From Atribacterota bacterium (GTDB taxonomy: Bacteria > Atribacterota > Phoenicimicrobiia > Phoenicimicrobiales > Stramentimicrobiaceae), in contig JAQVGY010000001.1 in the NCBI GenBank assembly GCA_028696495.1, positions 24,105-88,104 of the forward strand: a stretch of DNA of 64,000 bases. The letters are read 5' to 3'. Below the pieces are notes generated by a model. The model was not told the DNA's origin. It was given only the letters and a program-made list of their open reading frames with translations, and ran no database searches. Each line of letters opens with the position of its first letter. The first letter of the stretch is position 1. This document shows positions 22,696-33,719 of the stretch, piece by piece. The position numbers and the translations under genes are program-made.

Positions 22696-22896
22696 TTATT
22701 GTAAAATCAGAGCAACAACATGTGAAAAGAAAAGGTCAATTAATCCTAAATAGATGGCAACCAATACAACTGTTATCATTACTACAATAGTGCTACTGAT
22801 TAATTGTTTCCTATTGGGCCAGGTAACTTTTTTGAGTTCTGTTCTTGCTTCTTTAATAAAGCTGACTATTTTTTGAAAGAATTGACTAATTTTCAT
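22696..22896 (-). CDS. secE: preprotein translocase subunit SecE
   Basis: The homology is 66 aa from the internal Met: MKISQFFQKIVSFIKEARTELKKVTWPNRKQLISSTIVVMITVVLVAIYLGLID with a single TM. The ORF-track N-terminal extension (to 22965) overlaps tRNA-Trp and is rejected. Confidence 0.8.
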   Translation of the reverse strand: MKISQFFQKIVSFIKEARTELKKVTWPNRKQLISSTIVVMITVVLVAIYLGLIDLFFSHVVALILQ

Positions 22897-22935
22897 TTTC
22901 CACCTTTTCAGCACTATCCTTATTTTTAAGATATA

Positions 22936-23011
22936 TGGCAGGCCCGGCAGGATTTGAACCTGCAACCCCCGGATTTGGAGTCCGGTGCTCTCCCGTTAGA
23001 GCTACGGACCT
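22936..23011 (-). tRNA. tRNA-Trp (anticodon CCA)
   Basis: Manual fold. Acceptor AGGTCCG/CGGGCCT, D-arm GCTC-TAACGGGA-GAGC, anticodon arm CCGGA-CTCCAAA-TCCGG, T-arm GCAGG-TTCAAAT-CCTGC, discriminator G, encoded CCA. Classic location between rpmG and secE. Confidence 0.85.
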
Positions 23012-23062
23012 GCAAATTAATGGCCATGATTCTTTAAATCCCTAAAAAGTTAACAAAAAGTA

Positions 23063-23212
23063 TTATTTTGTCTCTTTGTGCAAAGTATGTTTTTTGCAAA
23101 ATTTGCAATACTTATTTAAAGAAATCTTTGTGGTTGTATTTTTTTTGTTCTTATAACTATTGTAATTTCGATTATTACACTCTGAACAGGCTAATACTAT
23201 CCTATCTCTCAT
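23063..23212 (-). CDS. rpmG: 50S ribosomal protein L33 (Zn-ribbon type, 49 aa), missed by the ORF track
   Basis: Manual translation: [49 protein letters not shown]. This closely matches Bacillus-type RpmGB with CxxC...CxxC. RBS is gtgagg...aagg upstream of the ATG. Position sigH...rpmG-tRNA-Trp-secE-nusG is canonical. Confidence 0.85.
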   Translation of the reverse strand: MRDRIVLACSECNNRNYNSYKNKKNTTTKISLNKYCKFCKKHTLHKETK

Positions 23213-23250
23213 CCTTATGTCCTCACTATCAGAGAAAATTTACGAAACTT

Positions 23251-23279
23251 AATTTAACATATTTTAACAAAGCTGTCAA
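23251..23279 (-). promoter_or_regulatory. candidate sigma-A promoter for rpmG-tRNATrp-secE-nusG
   Basis: On the minus strand: TTGACA - 17 nt - TAAATT, about 40 nt upstream of the rpmG start and downstream of the tuf copy-2 terminator. Confidence 0.45.
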
Positions 23280-23370
23280 GCTATCATATTTTTATTTTTT
23301 TATAATACAGTCTTTTAAAAATACTGATTTCATCTGTTAATAAATTTATAAGTACAAAGATTACAATAAT

Positions 23371-23395
23371 AAGACTGGGGTAAAGCCCCAGTCTT
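23371..23395 (-). terminator. rho-independent terminator downstream of tuf copy 2
   Basis: Perfect 10-bp GC-containing stem aagactgggg / ccccagtctt with loop taaag. On the minus strand it is followed by a U-rich tract (attattgt). It lies 50 nt past the tuf stop. Confidence 0.6.
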
Positions 23396-23442
23396 ATTAT
23401 AAATTAAAATTCATCTGTTTTATCTACTATCTACTATTTTTC

Positions 23443-24670
23443 TCTTACCCAAGAATCTCAGTAACTACTCCTGCAGCTATGGTTCTTCCACCCTCTCGGA
23501 TAGCAAAACGAACACCCTTTTCCATGGCAATGGGGGTGATTAATTCACTGGTAACAGTCAGGTTATCACCGGGCATAGCCATCTCTACACCTTCCGGAAG
23601 AGTGACTACACCGGTTACGTCGGTAGTCCTGAAATAGAACTGGGGACGGTAACCACTGAAGATAGAGGTATGTCTTCCACCCTCTTCTTTGGTAAGAATA
23701 ATGACTTCTGCTTTAAATTTGGTATGTGGAGTTATACTACCCGGGGCAGCAATAACCTGGCCACGTCTAATCTCTTTCTTATCTACACCACGAAGGAGTA
23801 TACCAACATTATCGCCGGCCTGAGCCTGGTCCAGTAATTTACGGAACATCTCTACACCTGTTGCTACTGTCTTTTTCGGTTTATCGCTCAAACCTACTAT
23901 CTCTACCTGATCACCGACTTTGATTATTCCACGTTCCACTCTGCCGGTAGCTACTGTTCCTCTACCTGTAATACTGAAGACATCCTCTACAGACAGGAGG
24001 AAGGGTTTGTCTATATCACGTACCGGGGTAGGAATATAGCTGTCTACCGCATCTAATAACTCCTGAATAGGTTTAAAAGCAGGGTCATCCGGGTTGGCTG
24101 GGTCGGCTTCCATAGCCTTAAGAGCAGAGCCTTTGATAACCGGTATGTCGTCACCAGGAAAATCATATTCACTGAGTAATTCTCTTACTTCCATTTCTAC
24201 CAGGTCGATCAACTCAGGGTCATCTACCATATCAACTTTATTCAAGAAGACTACAATGTAGGGTACCCCTACCTGACGAGATAAGAGAATATGTTCTCTG
24301 GTCTGAGGCATAGGGCCATCGGCTGCTGAGACTACCAGAATTGCACCATCCATCTGGGCTGCACCGGTAATCATGTTTTTGACATAGTCAGCATGACCGG
24401 GACAGTCAATATGGGCATAGTGCCTGTTTTCTGTCTCATATTCAGCATGGTATACCGAGATGGTAATTCCTCTGTCTCTCTCCTCAGGGGCACGGTCAAT
24501 CTCATCAAAGGACTTGGCTGTGGCTAGTTTTTTACCTGATAGATATCTGGTAATTGCCGAGGTAAGAGTTGTTTTACCATGGTCAACATGTCCAATAGTC
24601 CCTATATTCACATGTGGCTTTGTACGGACAAACTTTTCTTTAGCCATTTTGTTTTTTTCCTCCTTAAAAG
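23443..24670. repeat. second copy of the 1228-bp tuf duplication unit (pairs with 5893-7120)
   Basis: See the paired repeat at 5893-7120. Confidence 0.85.
23445..24647 (-). CDS. tuf: elongation factor Tu, copy 2
   Basis: 400-aa product identical to copy 1. The ORF-track extension [12 protein letters not shown] (to 24683) is rejected, because nucleotide identity with copy 1 ends 23 bp upstream of MAKEKF and the same RBS is present. Confidence 0.97.
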   Translation of the reverse strand: MAKEKFVRTKPHVNIGTIGHVDHGKTTLTSAITRYLSGKKLATAKSFDEIDRAPEERDRGITISVYHAEYETENRHYAHIDCPGHADYVKNMITGAAQMDGAILVVSAADGPMPQTREHILLSRQVGVPYIVVFLNKVDMVDDPELIDLVEMEVRELLSEYDFPGDDIPVIKGSALKAMEADPANPDDPAFKPIQELLDAVDSYIPTPVRDIDKPFLLSVEDVFSITGRGTVATGRVERGIIKVGDQVEIVGLSDKPKKTVATGVEMFRKLLDQAQAGDNVGILLRGVDKKEIRRGQVIAAPGSITPHTKFKAEVIILTKEEGGRHTSIFSGYRPQFYFRTTDVTGVVTLPEGVEMAMPGDNLTVTSELITPIAMEKGVRFAIREGGRTIAAGVVTEILG

Positions 24671-24762
24671 AATGCTTATTCAAATTATTTTTAATTCTTT
24701 TAATTAAAACGTTTATTATCTATTATTATCTCAATTAAGAGAGTTCAGGTCTAACCTAATTC

Positions 24763-24838
<76 letters not shown>

Positions 24839-24842
24839 AAAA

Positions 24843-24929
24843 TGGTGGGGAGGGAAGGATTCGAACCTTCGAAGGCGTTCAGCCAACGGATCTACAGTCC
24901 GCTCCATTTGGCCACTTTGGTACCTCCCC
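24843..24929 (-). tRNA. tRNA-Tyr (anticodon GTA), type II with long variable arm
   Basis: Manual fold. Acceptor GGGGAGG/CCTCCCC, anticodon loop CTGTAGA, long variable arm, encoded CCA, 87 nt. Confidence 0.85.
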
Positions 24930-24948
24930 GAAACAGTCTTTTCATCTT

Positions 24949-25024
24949 TGGAGCCGATGATCCGATTCGAACGGATGACCTGCTGATTACAAATCAGCTG
25001 CTCTACCAGCTGAGCTACACCGGC
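24949..25024 (-). tRNA. tRNA-Thr (anticodon TGT)
   Basis: Manual fold. Sequence GCCGGTGTAGCTCAGCTGGTAGAGCAGCTGATTTGTAATCAGCAGGTCATCCGTTCGAATCGGATCATCGGCTCCA, anticodon loop TTTGTAA, 76 nt. Confidence 0.85.
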
Positions 25025-25065
25025 AACATAAAACATTATAATTATTTTTACAGCTCAAGTCAATT

Positions 25066-25698
25066 TTATTTGTTAATAAACTCTAATTTCTTTTTGATTC
25101 TTTGTATTGCATTATCAACACATTTGCTATTTTTTTGAATTTCAAAGGCAATATCTCTATATGTTTTCCCATCTAAATATGCCGATAATACTTTTCTCTC
25201 CAAATTGGATAAAACAGTATTCAATTTAGCTGTTAACTCTTGCAATCTCTCTTTACTCAAAAATATACTCATAGGGTCATTGATTTTTAAATCATCAACG
25301 ATATCCAACAAAGTTCGACTATAGCCTTCCTCGTATTCAATTGGCTGATTCAAGGAAACACAACTATCAGGTGGTGTGCGTTTTTTTCTGGACGATTTTT
25401 TTATGGCAGTAATAATCTGTCTCATGATACATATTTCAGCAAAAACACGGAAAGAAGTATATTTTGAATTATCATAATTTCTTACTGCTTTATATAATCC
25501 GATCATTCCCTCTTGAATAATATCTTCTTTATCAGCTCCAATTAAGAAGTATGTTCTAGTCTTCATTCTCACCAGTTTTTTATATCTATTAATAAGGCAA
25601 TACTCGGCAAGTGTATTCCCATTATTAGCCATGCTTACCAATAAAGCATCATCATATTTTTGATGAAAAATAAATGGTTTTTCTTTAAAAACAACCAA
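25066..25698 (-). CDS. sigH: RNA polymerase sigma factor, SigH-like (sigma-70 regions 2 and 4)
   Basis: 210 aa; YFLIGADKEDIIQEGMIGLYKAVRNYD, FRVFAEICIMRQIITAIK, LSNLERKVLSAYLDGKTYRDIAFEI, VDNAIQRIKKKLE. Close match to the Bacillus SigH pattern. Position upstream of rpmG-secE-nusG is as in Bacilli. Confidence 0.8.
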   Translation of the reverse strand: MVVFKEKPFIFHQKYDDALLVSMANNGNTLAEYCLINRYKKLVRMKTRTYFLIGADKEDIIQEGMIGLYKAVRNYDNSKYTSFRVFAEICIMRQIITAIKKSSRKKRTPPDSCVSLNQPIEYEEGYSRTLLDIVDDLKINDPMSIFLSKERLQELTAKLNTVLSNLERKVLSAYLDGKTYRDIAFEIQKNSKCVDNAIQRIKKKLEFINK

Positions 25699-25868
25699 TA
25701 TTAATATACCTGCTCAATCAATTTTTTTGTGGGTTTTTATTATATCTAAAAAGAGGTCGAGCTTTGAATAGAAAAGCAAGATTTTATTTAATAAGTCAAT
25801 AATAAAAGATAATTCTATCATAAAACAAAAGATAGTTTTATAATTATAGACTAATAATTAAAGCATAG

Positions 25869-27296
25869 TCAAGATTTTTTCCAACGAACCCCTTCCTTAG
25901 TATCTTCAATTACTATACCCATATTCAATAATTTCACTCTGAGTTGATCTGCAGTTTCCCAATCTCTATTTTTTCTAGCTGTTTCTCTTGCATCTATCAA
26001 ATCTTCTATTTCTTTTCCCGGTAAACTTTCCTGGTTAGCTAAGATAGAAGAAAATTTCAGCCCTAAAATATGTGCTCCAAAATCCTCATAAAATCGTATA
26101 ATTCTTTCTATGGTATCCTGATTTTTATATCCTGTCTTATTTAGATAAATATTTGTTTCTTTTGCCAGTAAAAATAGGGTGCTCAAAGCAACCGGGGTAT
26201 TGAAATCATCATCCATTGCCTCAATAAATCTATTTTTCATTTTGTCTATCGTTTCATTCAATTTGTTACTATCTATATCTATCTCTTTGCTGGGAAGTTT
26301 CCTTTCAGATAAAAATTTAAGATTATAGATAAGATTATTCAGTGTTTCCATGCTATTTTTTGATTGTTCTATCTGTTCAATAGAATAATTTAAAGGACTT
26401 CTATAATGGGCAGATAGTAGAAAATGTCTGATGACTGAACCATCGTATTTTTGAGATAATTCTCTTATGGTCAAAATATTTCCTAAGGATTTTGACATTT
26501 TTTTATTATCTATTTTCAAATAGCCATTGTGTAGCCAGTATCTGGCAAAAGTCTTTCCGCTTACCGCTTCGCTTTGTGCAATCTCATTCTCATGATGTGG
26601 AAATATCAGATCCTCTCCTCCGGCATGAATATCAAAAGTCTCTCCAAGATATTTGGAGGACATCGCTGAACACTCTATATGCCATCCGGGACGCCCGGGA
26701 CCCCAGGGGCTATCCCATTTCGGTTCACCTTCTTTGGCCCTCTTCCAAAGAACAAAATCATAGGGATTTTTCTTTCGTTCATCTATCTCTATCCTGGCTC
26801 CTGACTGTATTTCATCAATACTCTGTTTGGAGAGTTTCCCATAGTCCTTAAACTTGCTAACATCATAAAAAACATCTCCTTCAACTTCATAGGTAAAACC
26901 CTTCTCCTGTAACTGTTCAATAAATCTAATAATGTCCGGAATATGTTCAGTTGCCCGGGGATAGTGATCAGCCCTGCCAATATTTAAAAAATCAGCATCC
27001 TGGAAGTATTCTCTAATAAATTTGTCAGCTACCTTATCATATGAAATTCCCATCTCTTTAGCTTTATTTATCACCTTATCATCGATATCGGTAAAATTAG
27101 TGACATATACTACTTCGTATTTTTTATATCTCAAATACCTTCTTAATACTTCAAAGATTAGAAAAGGCCGGGCATTGCCAATATGAAAAAAATTATATAC
27201 AGTCGGTCCACAAACATACATACCCACCCGTTTTTCATTAAGGGAAATGAACTCTTCTTTTTTCCTACTTAGAGTGTTGTATAATTTTAAACTCAA
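25869..27296 (-). CDS. cysS: cysteine--tRNA ligase
   Basis: 475 aa; MYVCGPTVYNFFHIGNARP (HIGH), KMSKSLGN (KMSKS), Zn-binding Cys/His, C-terminal anticodon-binding domain. Confidence 0.93.
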   Translation of the reverse strand: MSLKLYNTLSRKKEEFISLNEKRVGMYVCGPTVYNFFHIGNARPFLIFEVLRRYLRYKKYEVVYVTNFTDIDDKVINKAKEMGISYDKVADKFIREYFQDADFLNIGRADHYPRATEHIPDIIRFIEQLQEKGFTYEVEGDVFYDVSKFKDYGKLSKQSIDEIQSGARIEIDERKKNPYDFVLWKRAKEGEPKWDSPWGPGRPGWHIECSAMSSKYLGETFDIHAGGEDLIFPHHENEIAQSEAVSGKTFARYWLHNGYLKIDNKKMSKSLGNILTIRELSQKYDGSVIRHFLLSAHYRSPLNYSIEQIEQSKNSMETLNNLIYNLKFLSERKLPSKEIDIDSNKLNETIDKMKNRFIEAMDDDFNTPVALSTLFLLAKETNIYLNKTGYKNQDTIERIIRFYEDFGAHILGLKFSSILANQESLPGKEIEDLIDARETARKNRDWETADQLRVKLLNMGIVIEDTKEGVRWKKS

Positions 27297-27349
27297 TGTT
27301 GTTTCCTCACTTTTTCGTATATTTAAGTATCTAATTTAAAAACTAAAGA

Positions 27350-28483
27350 CTATTTTTTATAATTAGACTGTGCCTTTTTTTGAAAAGTAATATCCTGGTT
27401 CTTCTTATTAAGTCTTTCTTTTATTCGGCCAAAAATCATTCTCCCTGCAGGTGTCTGTAAAATACTGGTTACCGTTAATTTAACTTTTTCACCTATGTTG
27501 CTCATCCCGTTTTCTACCACAATCATTGTTCCATCATCCAGATAGGCAACACCCTGACCGGATTCTTTACCCTCCTTAATTATCTGGGTTACTAATTCTT
27601 CTCCGGGTAATATTATTGATTTTAAGGCATTTGCCAGATCATTAATATTTAAAACCGTTACATTCTCTAATTGAGCCAATTTATTTAAATTATAATCATT
27701 GGTCAGTATTTTGGCATCTAATTCTTTGGCTAATTTTATTAATTTAGTATCAACAGTCTTTAATTCGGTATAGTCACGACTGATTATTTTTATTTTGTTA
27801 GTATGTACCTTATTTATTTTATTCAAAACATCTAAACCCCGTCTTCCTCTATTTCTTTTTAATGGTTCTGAAGAATCGGCTATAGCTTGTAATTCGTTTA
27901 ATACAAAGCGGGGAATAATTAAAATTCCTTCTAAAAAATCAGTCTGAGAAATATCGGCTATCCTGCCATCAATAATGACACTGGTATCTAATATCTTCAA
28001 TTGAGAATGAGAGCTTTTTTCTCTTTTTTTAAATCTTTCAATATTTTTTTTATAGAAATTAACGCTTTCTGCTCTTTTGCTCAACCCCAGGGTAATTCCC
28101 AATAAACCGAGTGTTACATTAAGAATTATAGGTAAATAATTACCTATAAAGGGGATAAATGATAGTGAGTATGCTAATAAATTGGCAATAATCAATCCGA
28201 CAATTAAGCCTATTACGCCAGAAAGTATGTTCTGAGCAGGTATTTTTTGAAAATAGGTTATGATTCTTTTTCCGAAAAAATTTAATTTCTTATAACTGAG
28301 AATAAACAATATAAATCCAAAAAAACTTCCTATAATAAATGATATAACAGGAATTAACCATTTGTGATCGGAAAATATGCTTAAGTTGTTTAAGACTTTT
28401 GTACCAGGAATGAGTTCATAACCAAATATTCCTCCTGCCAGAATAAAGAGTGAACACATTATTTTTTTGGTTAAACCTGACAA
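27350..28483 (-). CDS. membrane-anchored PIN/TRAM-domain protein (YacL/PinL-like)
   Basis: 377 aa. About 4 N-terminal TM helices, then a PIN domain ([15 protein letters not shown]...) and a C-terminal TRAM-like beta domain ([18 protein letters not shown]). Same position (after radA, before cysS) as B. subtilis yacL. Confidence 0.7.
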   Translation of the reverse strand: MSGLTKKIMCSLFILAGGIFGYELIPGTKVLNNLSIFSDHKWLIPVISFIIGSFFGFILFILSYKKLNFFGKRIITYFQKIPAQNILSGVIGLIVGLIIANLLAYSLSFIPFIGNYLPIILNVTLGLLGITLGLSKRAESVNFYKKNIERFKKREKSSHSQLKILDTSVIIDGRIADISQTDFLEGILIIPRFVLNELQAIADSSEPLKRNRGRRGLDVLNKINKVHTNKIKIISRDYTELKTVDTKLIKLAKELDAKILTNDYNLNKLAQLENVTVLNINDLANALKSIILPGEELVTQIIKEGKESGQGVAYLDDGTMIVVENGMSNIGEKVKLTVTSILQTPAGRMIFGRIKERLNKKNQDITFQKKAQSNYKK

Positions 28484-28667
28484 AATATTAACCTCCTCTA
28501 TTCTTTTTTATTCTATGATGTTATCCAATATTACACTCCCCTCTTCACACACCTCCCATCAAAATAAAAATATTTAATAATATTTAAGAACACAACATTT
28601 ACCAAATTATATCACCAGTCATTATCTGTGTAAAGCAATACAGTAAAGCAAGTTTCTTGATTTGGTC

Positions 28668-30026
28668 TCATTTATTGAGCAATGATACTATATCGTTTAT
28701 ATTGTTGATAGTTTTTACCTCTAAATGATCATATTTTTTTGAAATATGTTGTCCATTATCATATGGAATAATACATTTTTTAAAGCCAATATTTTGGGCT
28801 TCTTTGAGCCTCCTTTCACATAATCCCACTGAACGCACTTCTCCAGTCAAGCCCAGTTCACCAAAAACAACAGTATCTAAAGGTATGGCTAAGTTTTTTA
28901 TACTGCTTATAATCGCCACAGCAATCCCTAAATCTATTGCCGGTTCACTTATCTTGATACCACCTGCGGTATTTATATAGATATCTTTATTCTGTAATTG
29001 TATCTTTATTTTATTTTCTAAAACAGCAATGATTAAAGATACTCTATTATAATCAACACCTGTGGTTAACCGGCGAGGGTAATTTAAATAAGAAGAGCTG
29101 GTTAATGCCTCAATTTCTACCGCCAGAGGACGACTTCCTTCAAAGGTAATAGTGGTAACAGTGCCAGGTATAGGTTGCTCTCTTGAAGTTAAAAGTATTT
29201 TGGAAGGATTTTTGACTTCTTTTAAACCATTATTTTCCATTTGGAAAATACCCAGTTCATTTGTGGCTCCAAATCTATTTTTTATACTTCTAAGAAGCCT
29301 GTAAGATTGAAATCTCTCTCCCTCAAGATATAATACCGTATCAACAATATGTTCAAGCGTTTTTGGTCCGGCTATTCCTCCATCCTTTGTTACATGACCA
29401 ATAATTAAAAGTGCGATATTTTCTTTTTTGGCTATTTCCATTAACCGAGAAGTACAACTTTTTACTTGAGCAACACTTCCAGGTGCAGAGGGAATATTGG
29501 AATCATTAATAATTTGTATGGAATCAATAATGGCTATTTTTGGTTTTATTTCGAGCATCTGTGCAACTATTTTTTCCAGGTTATTTTCTGATAATAGATA
29601 AATGAGTTCAGAGCTGACTGATAACCTGGTTGCTCTGAGATAAATCTGTCTAAGTGATTCTTCAGCTGAAACATAAAGAATTTTACCTACTATGTCTATT
29701 AATTGCTGAGCAATTTGCAAGGCTAATGTTGATTTACCTATACCTGGTTCACCTCCGAGCAATACCAGTGAACCAGGAACAATACCTCCACCTAAAACGC
29801 GGTCGAATTCTGCTATACCTGTCATATAACGTTGTTCATCGCCGGTGTATTTTAGCTTACTGATAGGTTTAGCCAGATCTTTTTTTTCAATCTTTACATT
29901 TCTTTCTGAAACATCTATTGCTAAAAGAGAGTTCCATGCTCCACAATTTGGACACCGCCCCAACCAGCGAGAGGTTTCAAAATTACATTCCTTGCAATGA
30001 TAATATTCAGAACTACCTTTCATCAC
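28668..30026 (-). CDS. radA: DNA repair protein RadA/Sms
   Basis: 452 aa; C4 zinc finger CKECNFETSRWLGRCPNCGAW, Walker A GGEPGIGKST, KNRFG motif, Lon-protease-like C-terminal domain. Confidence 0.92.
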   Translation of the reverse strand: MMKGSSEYYHCKECNFETSRWLGRCPNCGAWNSLLAIDVSERNVKIEKKDLAKPISKLKYTGDEQRYMTGIAEFDRVLGGGIVPGSLVLLGGEPGIGKSTLALQIAQQLIDIVGKILYVSAEESLRQIYLRATRLSVSSELIYLLSENNLEKIVAQMLEIKPKIAIIDSIQIINDSNIPSAPGSVAQVKSCTSRLMEIAKKENIALLIIGHVTKDGGIAGPKTLEHIVDTVLYLEGERFQSYRLLRSIKNRFGATNELGIFQMENNGLKEVKNPSKILLTSREQPIPGTVTTITFEGSRPLAVEIEALTSSSYLNYPRRLTTGVDYNRVSLIIAVLENKIKIQLQNKDIYINTAGGIKISEPAIDLGIAVAIISSIKNLAIPLDTVVFGELGLTGEVRSVGLCERRLKEAQNIGFKKCIIPYDNGQHISKKYDHLEVKTINNINDIVSLLNK

Positions 30027-30067
30027 TTAAAAAAATGTTACTCCTACTTGGACAATTTAAAAGATTA

Positions 30068-32554
30068 TCATTCGCTGTCACTATTATCTTGATATTTTTC
30101 TTTTTCCTTATGACTATCTTTTAGTTCTTTTTTTTCAAAAATAATCTTATCTTTCTTAGCTCCAATAAATAGATGTTCCCCATCCTTCAACTCACCGGAT
30201 AATATTTTTTCTGAAATTGGATTCTCTACCAATCTTTCAATTGTTCTTCTTAAAGGCCTGGCACCAAAGTTAGGATCATATCCTTCTTTTGCTAAAATAT
30301 CTTTGGCACTATTACTAACTGAAAAAGTTATTTTTTGTTCTGCTAATAATTCTTTCACTTCATTCAGTAATAGATCTGCAATCTTTCTAATTTCAATTTT
30401 GGTAAGACTTTTGAAGACAATTATTTCATCAATTCGATTAAGAAATTCCGGTCGAAATGTCTTATTTAATTCACTCATAACCCTGTCTTTTATATCTTTG
30501 TAGGACATTTGTTCAGGTTCGTTTGAACTTCTAAAACCTAAAGAAGTTCCTTTTTTAATTAGGGTAGCCCCCACATTAGAAGTCATAATTATGACAGTGT
30601 TTTTAAAATCTACCACCCTGCCCTGAGCATCTGTCAATCTCCCATCCTCAAATATCTGTAACAGTATATTGAAGACATCAGGATGAGCCTTTTCAATCTC
30701 ATCCAGCAAAACTACTGAATAGGGTCGTCTTCTCACCTTCTCAGTTAGCTGTCCCCCTTCTTCATAGCCCACATAACCAGGAGGGGCTCCAACCAATCTG
30801 GAAACTGCAAATTTTTCCATATATTCAGACATATCTAAACTGATCATAGCATTTTCATCCCCAAACAAAAACTCAGCTAAACTTCTTGCCAGTTCAGTTT
30901 TACCTACTCCTGTGGGACCTAAAAAAACAAATGAACCAATCGGTCTCCTGGGATCTTTCATACCAGCCCTGGCTCTGCGTACAGCTCTGGATATTGCCGT
31001 AATAGCATCATCCTGACCAATAATCCGCTTATGTAGCTCATCTTCCATTCTAATAAGCTTTTTAGCTTCTTCTTCTTTCAGAGAATAAACGGGGACTCCG
31101 CTCCAGCTGGAAACAACTTCTGCTACATCTTCCACAGTGACTTCTATTTTATCTTTGGTTTTTCCAATTTCCCATTCTTTCTTAATTTCATTATATTTTT
31201 CTTCAAATTTTCTTTCCTTATCTCTTAATTTAGCCGCCTTTTCAAATTGTTGTAACCTCACTGCAGCCTCTTTTTCTTTTCTAACCTTTAGTAATTCTTC
31301 TTCAATGTCTTTTACATCAGGCGGAAAAACAGTATTTTTTAGTTTTACCCGGGAAGATGCTTCATCTATTACATCGATAGCCTTATCAGGTAAAAAACGG
31401 CCTGAAACATACCTTGCTGCTAACTTTACTGCTGATATTAAAGACTGATCAGTAATAGTCAATTTATGATGGGCTTCATATTTATCTCTCAATCCTTTAA
31501 GTATTTCAATAGCCTCCTCAACGGTAGGCTCAGGTACATTAATGGGTTGAAAACGCCTCTCTAATGCTTTATCTTTTTCAATATATTTTCTATATTCATC
31601 AGTTGTAGTTGCACCAATAGTCTGAATCTCACCGCGAGCCAGAGCAGGTTTTAATATATTGGATGCGTCGATAGCCCCTTCAGCGGCACCGGCACCAACA
31701 AGAGTATGAAATTCATCTATAAATAGGATTACATCATTGGAATTTTCGACTTCTTTGACTATCTTTTTGAGACGTTTTTCGAACTCTCCTCTATATTTTG
31801 TACCGGCAACTATTAAAGCAAGGTCTAAAGAGATTATTCTCTTATTTTTTAAGATTTCAGGAACATCATTATTGGCTATTTTTTGAGCCAACCCCTCAAC
31901 AATAGCTGTTTTCCCAACACCGGCCTCTCCAATTAAACAGGGATTATTCTTCTTCCTTCTGCTCAATATCTGTATTACTCTTTGAATCTCATTATTTCTG
32001 CCCACCACAGGATCTAATTTTTCTTCTCTGGCTAATTCGGTTAAATCTCTCCCGAATTCATCTAATGTTGGAACTTTGCTCTCTTTTCTAACAACACTTC
32101 CAGGTTCATCGGGATTACCACTTTCCATTAATAACTTTAATATACGGGTATAAATATTCTCTAAATCTAATCCCATCTGTGTTAAGATACGTGTTGCAAC
32201 ACCACTACCTTCTTTGATTAGACCCAAAAGAATATGTTCTGTACCTATATAATTCTGTCCTAATCTACTTGCTTCCTGTGAGGCTAATTCTAATACTTTT
32301 TTAGCTCTTGGTGTAAAAGTAATCTCACTAACTTCCTGATATTTTCCTCTTCCCACTATCTTTTCAATCTCTTCAATAACTCTTTCCGGGTCAACACCTG
32401 AATCACGCAGGACTCTGCTGGCAATTCCATCATTTTCCTTAACCAGGCCAACTAAAATGTGCTCGGTTCCTATATAGTTATGATTAAGATTCACCGCTTC
32501 TTCTTGTGCCATCATAATCACTTTTCTTACTTTTTCGGTATATCTTTTGAACAT
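30068..32554 (-). CDS. clpC: ATP-dependent Clp protease ATP-binding subunit ClpC
   Basis: ORF-track frame to 32569. Preferred start [20 protein letters not shown]. Two N-terminal Clp repeats, UVR-like motif, AAA1 [11 protein letters not shown]2 [11 protein letters not shown]. Confidence 0.92.
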   Translation of the reverse strand: MFKRYTEKVRKVIMMAQEEAVNLNHNYIGTEHILVGLVKENDGIASRVLRDSGVDPERVIEEIEKIVGRGKYQEVSEITFTPRAKKVLELASQEASRLGQNYIGTEHILLGLIKEGSGVATRILTQMGLDLENIYTRILKLLMESGNPDEPGSVVRKESKVPTLDEFGRDLTELAREEKLDPVVGRNNEIQRVIQILSRRKKNNPCLIGEAGVGKTAIVEGLAQKIANNDVPEILKNKRIISLDLALIVAGTKYRGEFEKRLKKIVKEVENSNDVILFIDEFHTLVGAGAAEGAIDASNILKPALARGEIQTIGATTTDEYRKYIEKDKALERRFQPINVPEPTVEEAIEILKGLRDKYEAHHKLTITDQSLISAVKLAARYVSGRFLPDKAIDVIDEASSRVKLKNTVFPPDVKDIEEELLKVRKEKEAAVRLQQFEKAAKLRDKERKFEEKYNEIKKEWEIGKTKDKIEVTVEDVAEVVSSWSGVPVYSLKEEEAKKLIRMEDELHKRIIGQDDAITAISRAVRRARAGMKDPRRPIGSFVFLGPTGVGKTELARSLAEFLFGDENAMISLDMSEYMEKFAVSRLVGAPPGYVGYEEGGQLTEKVRRRPYSVVLLDEIEKAHPDVFNILLQIFEDGRLTDAQGRVVDFKNTVIIMTSNVGATLIKKGTSLGFRSSNEPEQMSYKDIKDRVMSELNKTFRPEFLNRIDEIIVFKSLTKIEIRKIADLLLNEVKELLAEQKITFSVSNSAKDILAKEGYDPNFGARPLRRTIERLVENPISEKILSGELKDGEHLFIGAKKDKIIFEKKELKDSHKEKEKYQDNSDSE

Positions 32555-32642
32555 ATCTTTCCTTCCCAATATTTTTTAAAATTATTGTAATAAATGTTTT
32601 CTCTATATAAATAGGTCTAAGGTCTATACCAACCCCTATTTT

Positions 32643-33719
32643 CTAATCTAATAATTCTTGAATTATTTTGGCTCTAGCAATATCCCGCTCATTTTCATTC
32701 ATTTTTTTATTTTTCAATAATTGAATGTATGCTGATTGTATTATTAACATGAGCCGATTAATAGTATCATACCCAATCTTAGTAAATATGCCCAATTCTA
32801 TGCCAAATCTGATCTTGGACAATAAATCGATTGCCTCTAATGTGGATATGATTCTTGCATTCGTAAGTATACCATATGCACGTAAAATTTGGTCCTCTAT
32901 TCTCTGCCTGGAGTGCAACATCAATTCCTCTCTTGCCCTTTCTTCTTCATCAATTAATAGCCTGCTAATCATTTCTAATTTCTTAATAATCTCATTCTCT
33001 TTTAACCCCATGGTTACCTGGTTGGAGACCTGAAACAAGTTACCCTGAAAATCTGTACCTTCTCCGTAGAACCCTCTCACTGCATATCCCGTCTTAGATA
33101 TTGATGACAACAAATCATTCAATTTATTTTTATAAAACAGTCCTGGCAAATGCAACATGACAGAAGCTCTTAGCCCTGTACCGGCATTGGTAGGACAGCA
33201 GGTTAAAAACCCTTCGTTTTCATTAAAAGAGTATTCAATTTCTTTCATAATCTGGTCATCATAGCAATCGATTATCTCCCAGACTTTTTCTAATTGAAAA
33301 CCAGGGAGCAGACATTGTATTCTAAAATGGTCCTCTTCATTGACCATTATACTGATAATTTCATCTGGTTTGTATATAAAAGCTCTATAAGGGTAACCCA
33401 ATTGGGCTAAAGATAGACTGATGAGACGCTTTTCAACTAAAAATTGTATATCTAAATCAGTTAAATCATCTATTTTGATCAGTTTAAAATCCTGAAAAAA
33501 GCTATTATTTTTTATCAGGTTTTCACTTTTTTTCAGTACCTGTTCTAACTGATTTGGATTTGCCTTGAAAGGGAAGGGAATATCTTGAATATTTCTGGCT
33601 AATCGCAATCTGGTACTAACTACTATATGATTCAAAGGGCCATCACCTTTAGTCCACCCGGAGGTTGTATCCCTTAATTCGCGTATAAGCAAAGCCTCTT
33701 TATTACTCATTATTTCCAT
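32643..33719 (-). CDS. mcsB: protein-arginine kinase McsB
   Basis: 358 aa; guanidino-kinase fold motifs CPTNAGTGLRASVMLHLPGL, RLARNIQDIPFPF. Overlaps mcsA by 17 nt. Confidence 0.9.
   Translation of the reverse strand: MEIMSNKEALLIRELRDTTSGWTKGDGPLNHIVVSTRLRLARNIQDIPFPFKANPNQLEQVLKKSENLIKNNSFFQDFKLIKIDDLTDLDIQFLVEKRLISLSLAQLGYPYRAFIYKPDEIISIMVNEEDHFRIQCLLPGFQLEKVWEIIDCYDDQIMKEIEYSFNENEGFLTCCPTNAGTGLRASVMLHLPGLFYKNKLNDLLSSISKTGYAVRGFYGEGTDFQGNLFQVSNQVTMGLKENEIIKKLEMISRLLIDEEERAREELMLHSRQRIEDQILRAYGILTNARIISTLEAIDLLSKIRFGIELGIFTKIGYDTINRLMLIIQSAYIQLLKNKKMNENERDIARAKIIQELLD

Noticed and set aside
22897-22965. N-terminal extensions in the ORF track for secE, tuf copy 2 (24648-24683), fusA (9220-9294), clpC, pgk, ispF and rplV
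   Set aside because: Homology and, for tuf, nucleotide identity with copy 1 begin at internal Met codons. The extensions are unconserved, K/N-rich, lack RBSs or overlap tRNA-Trp.
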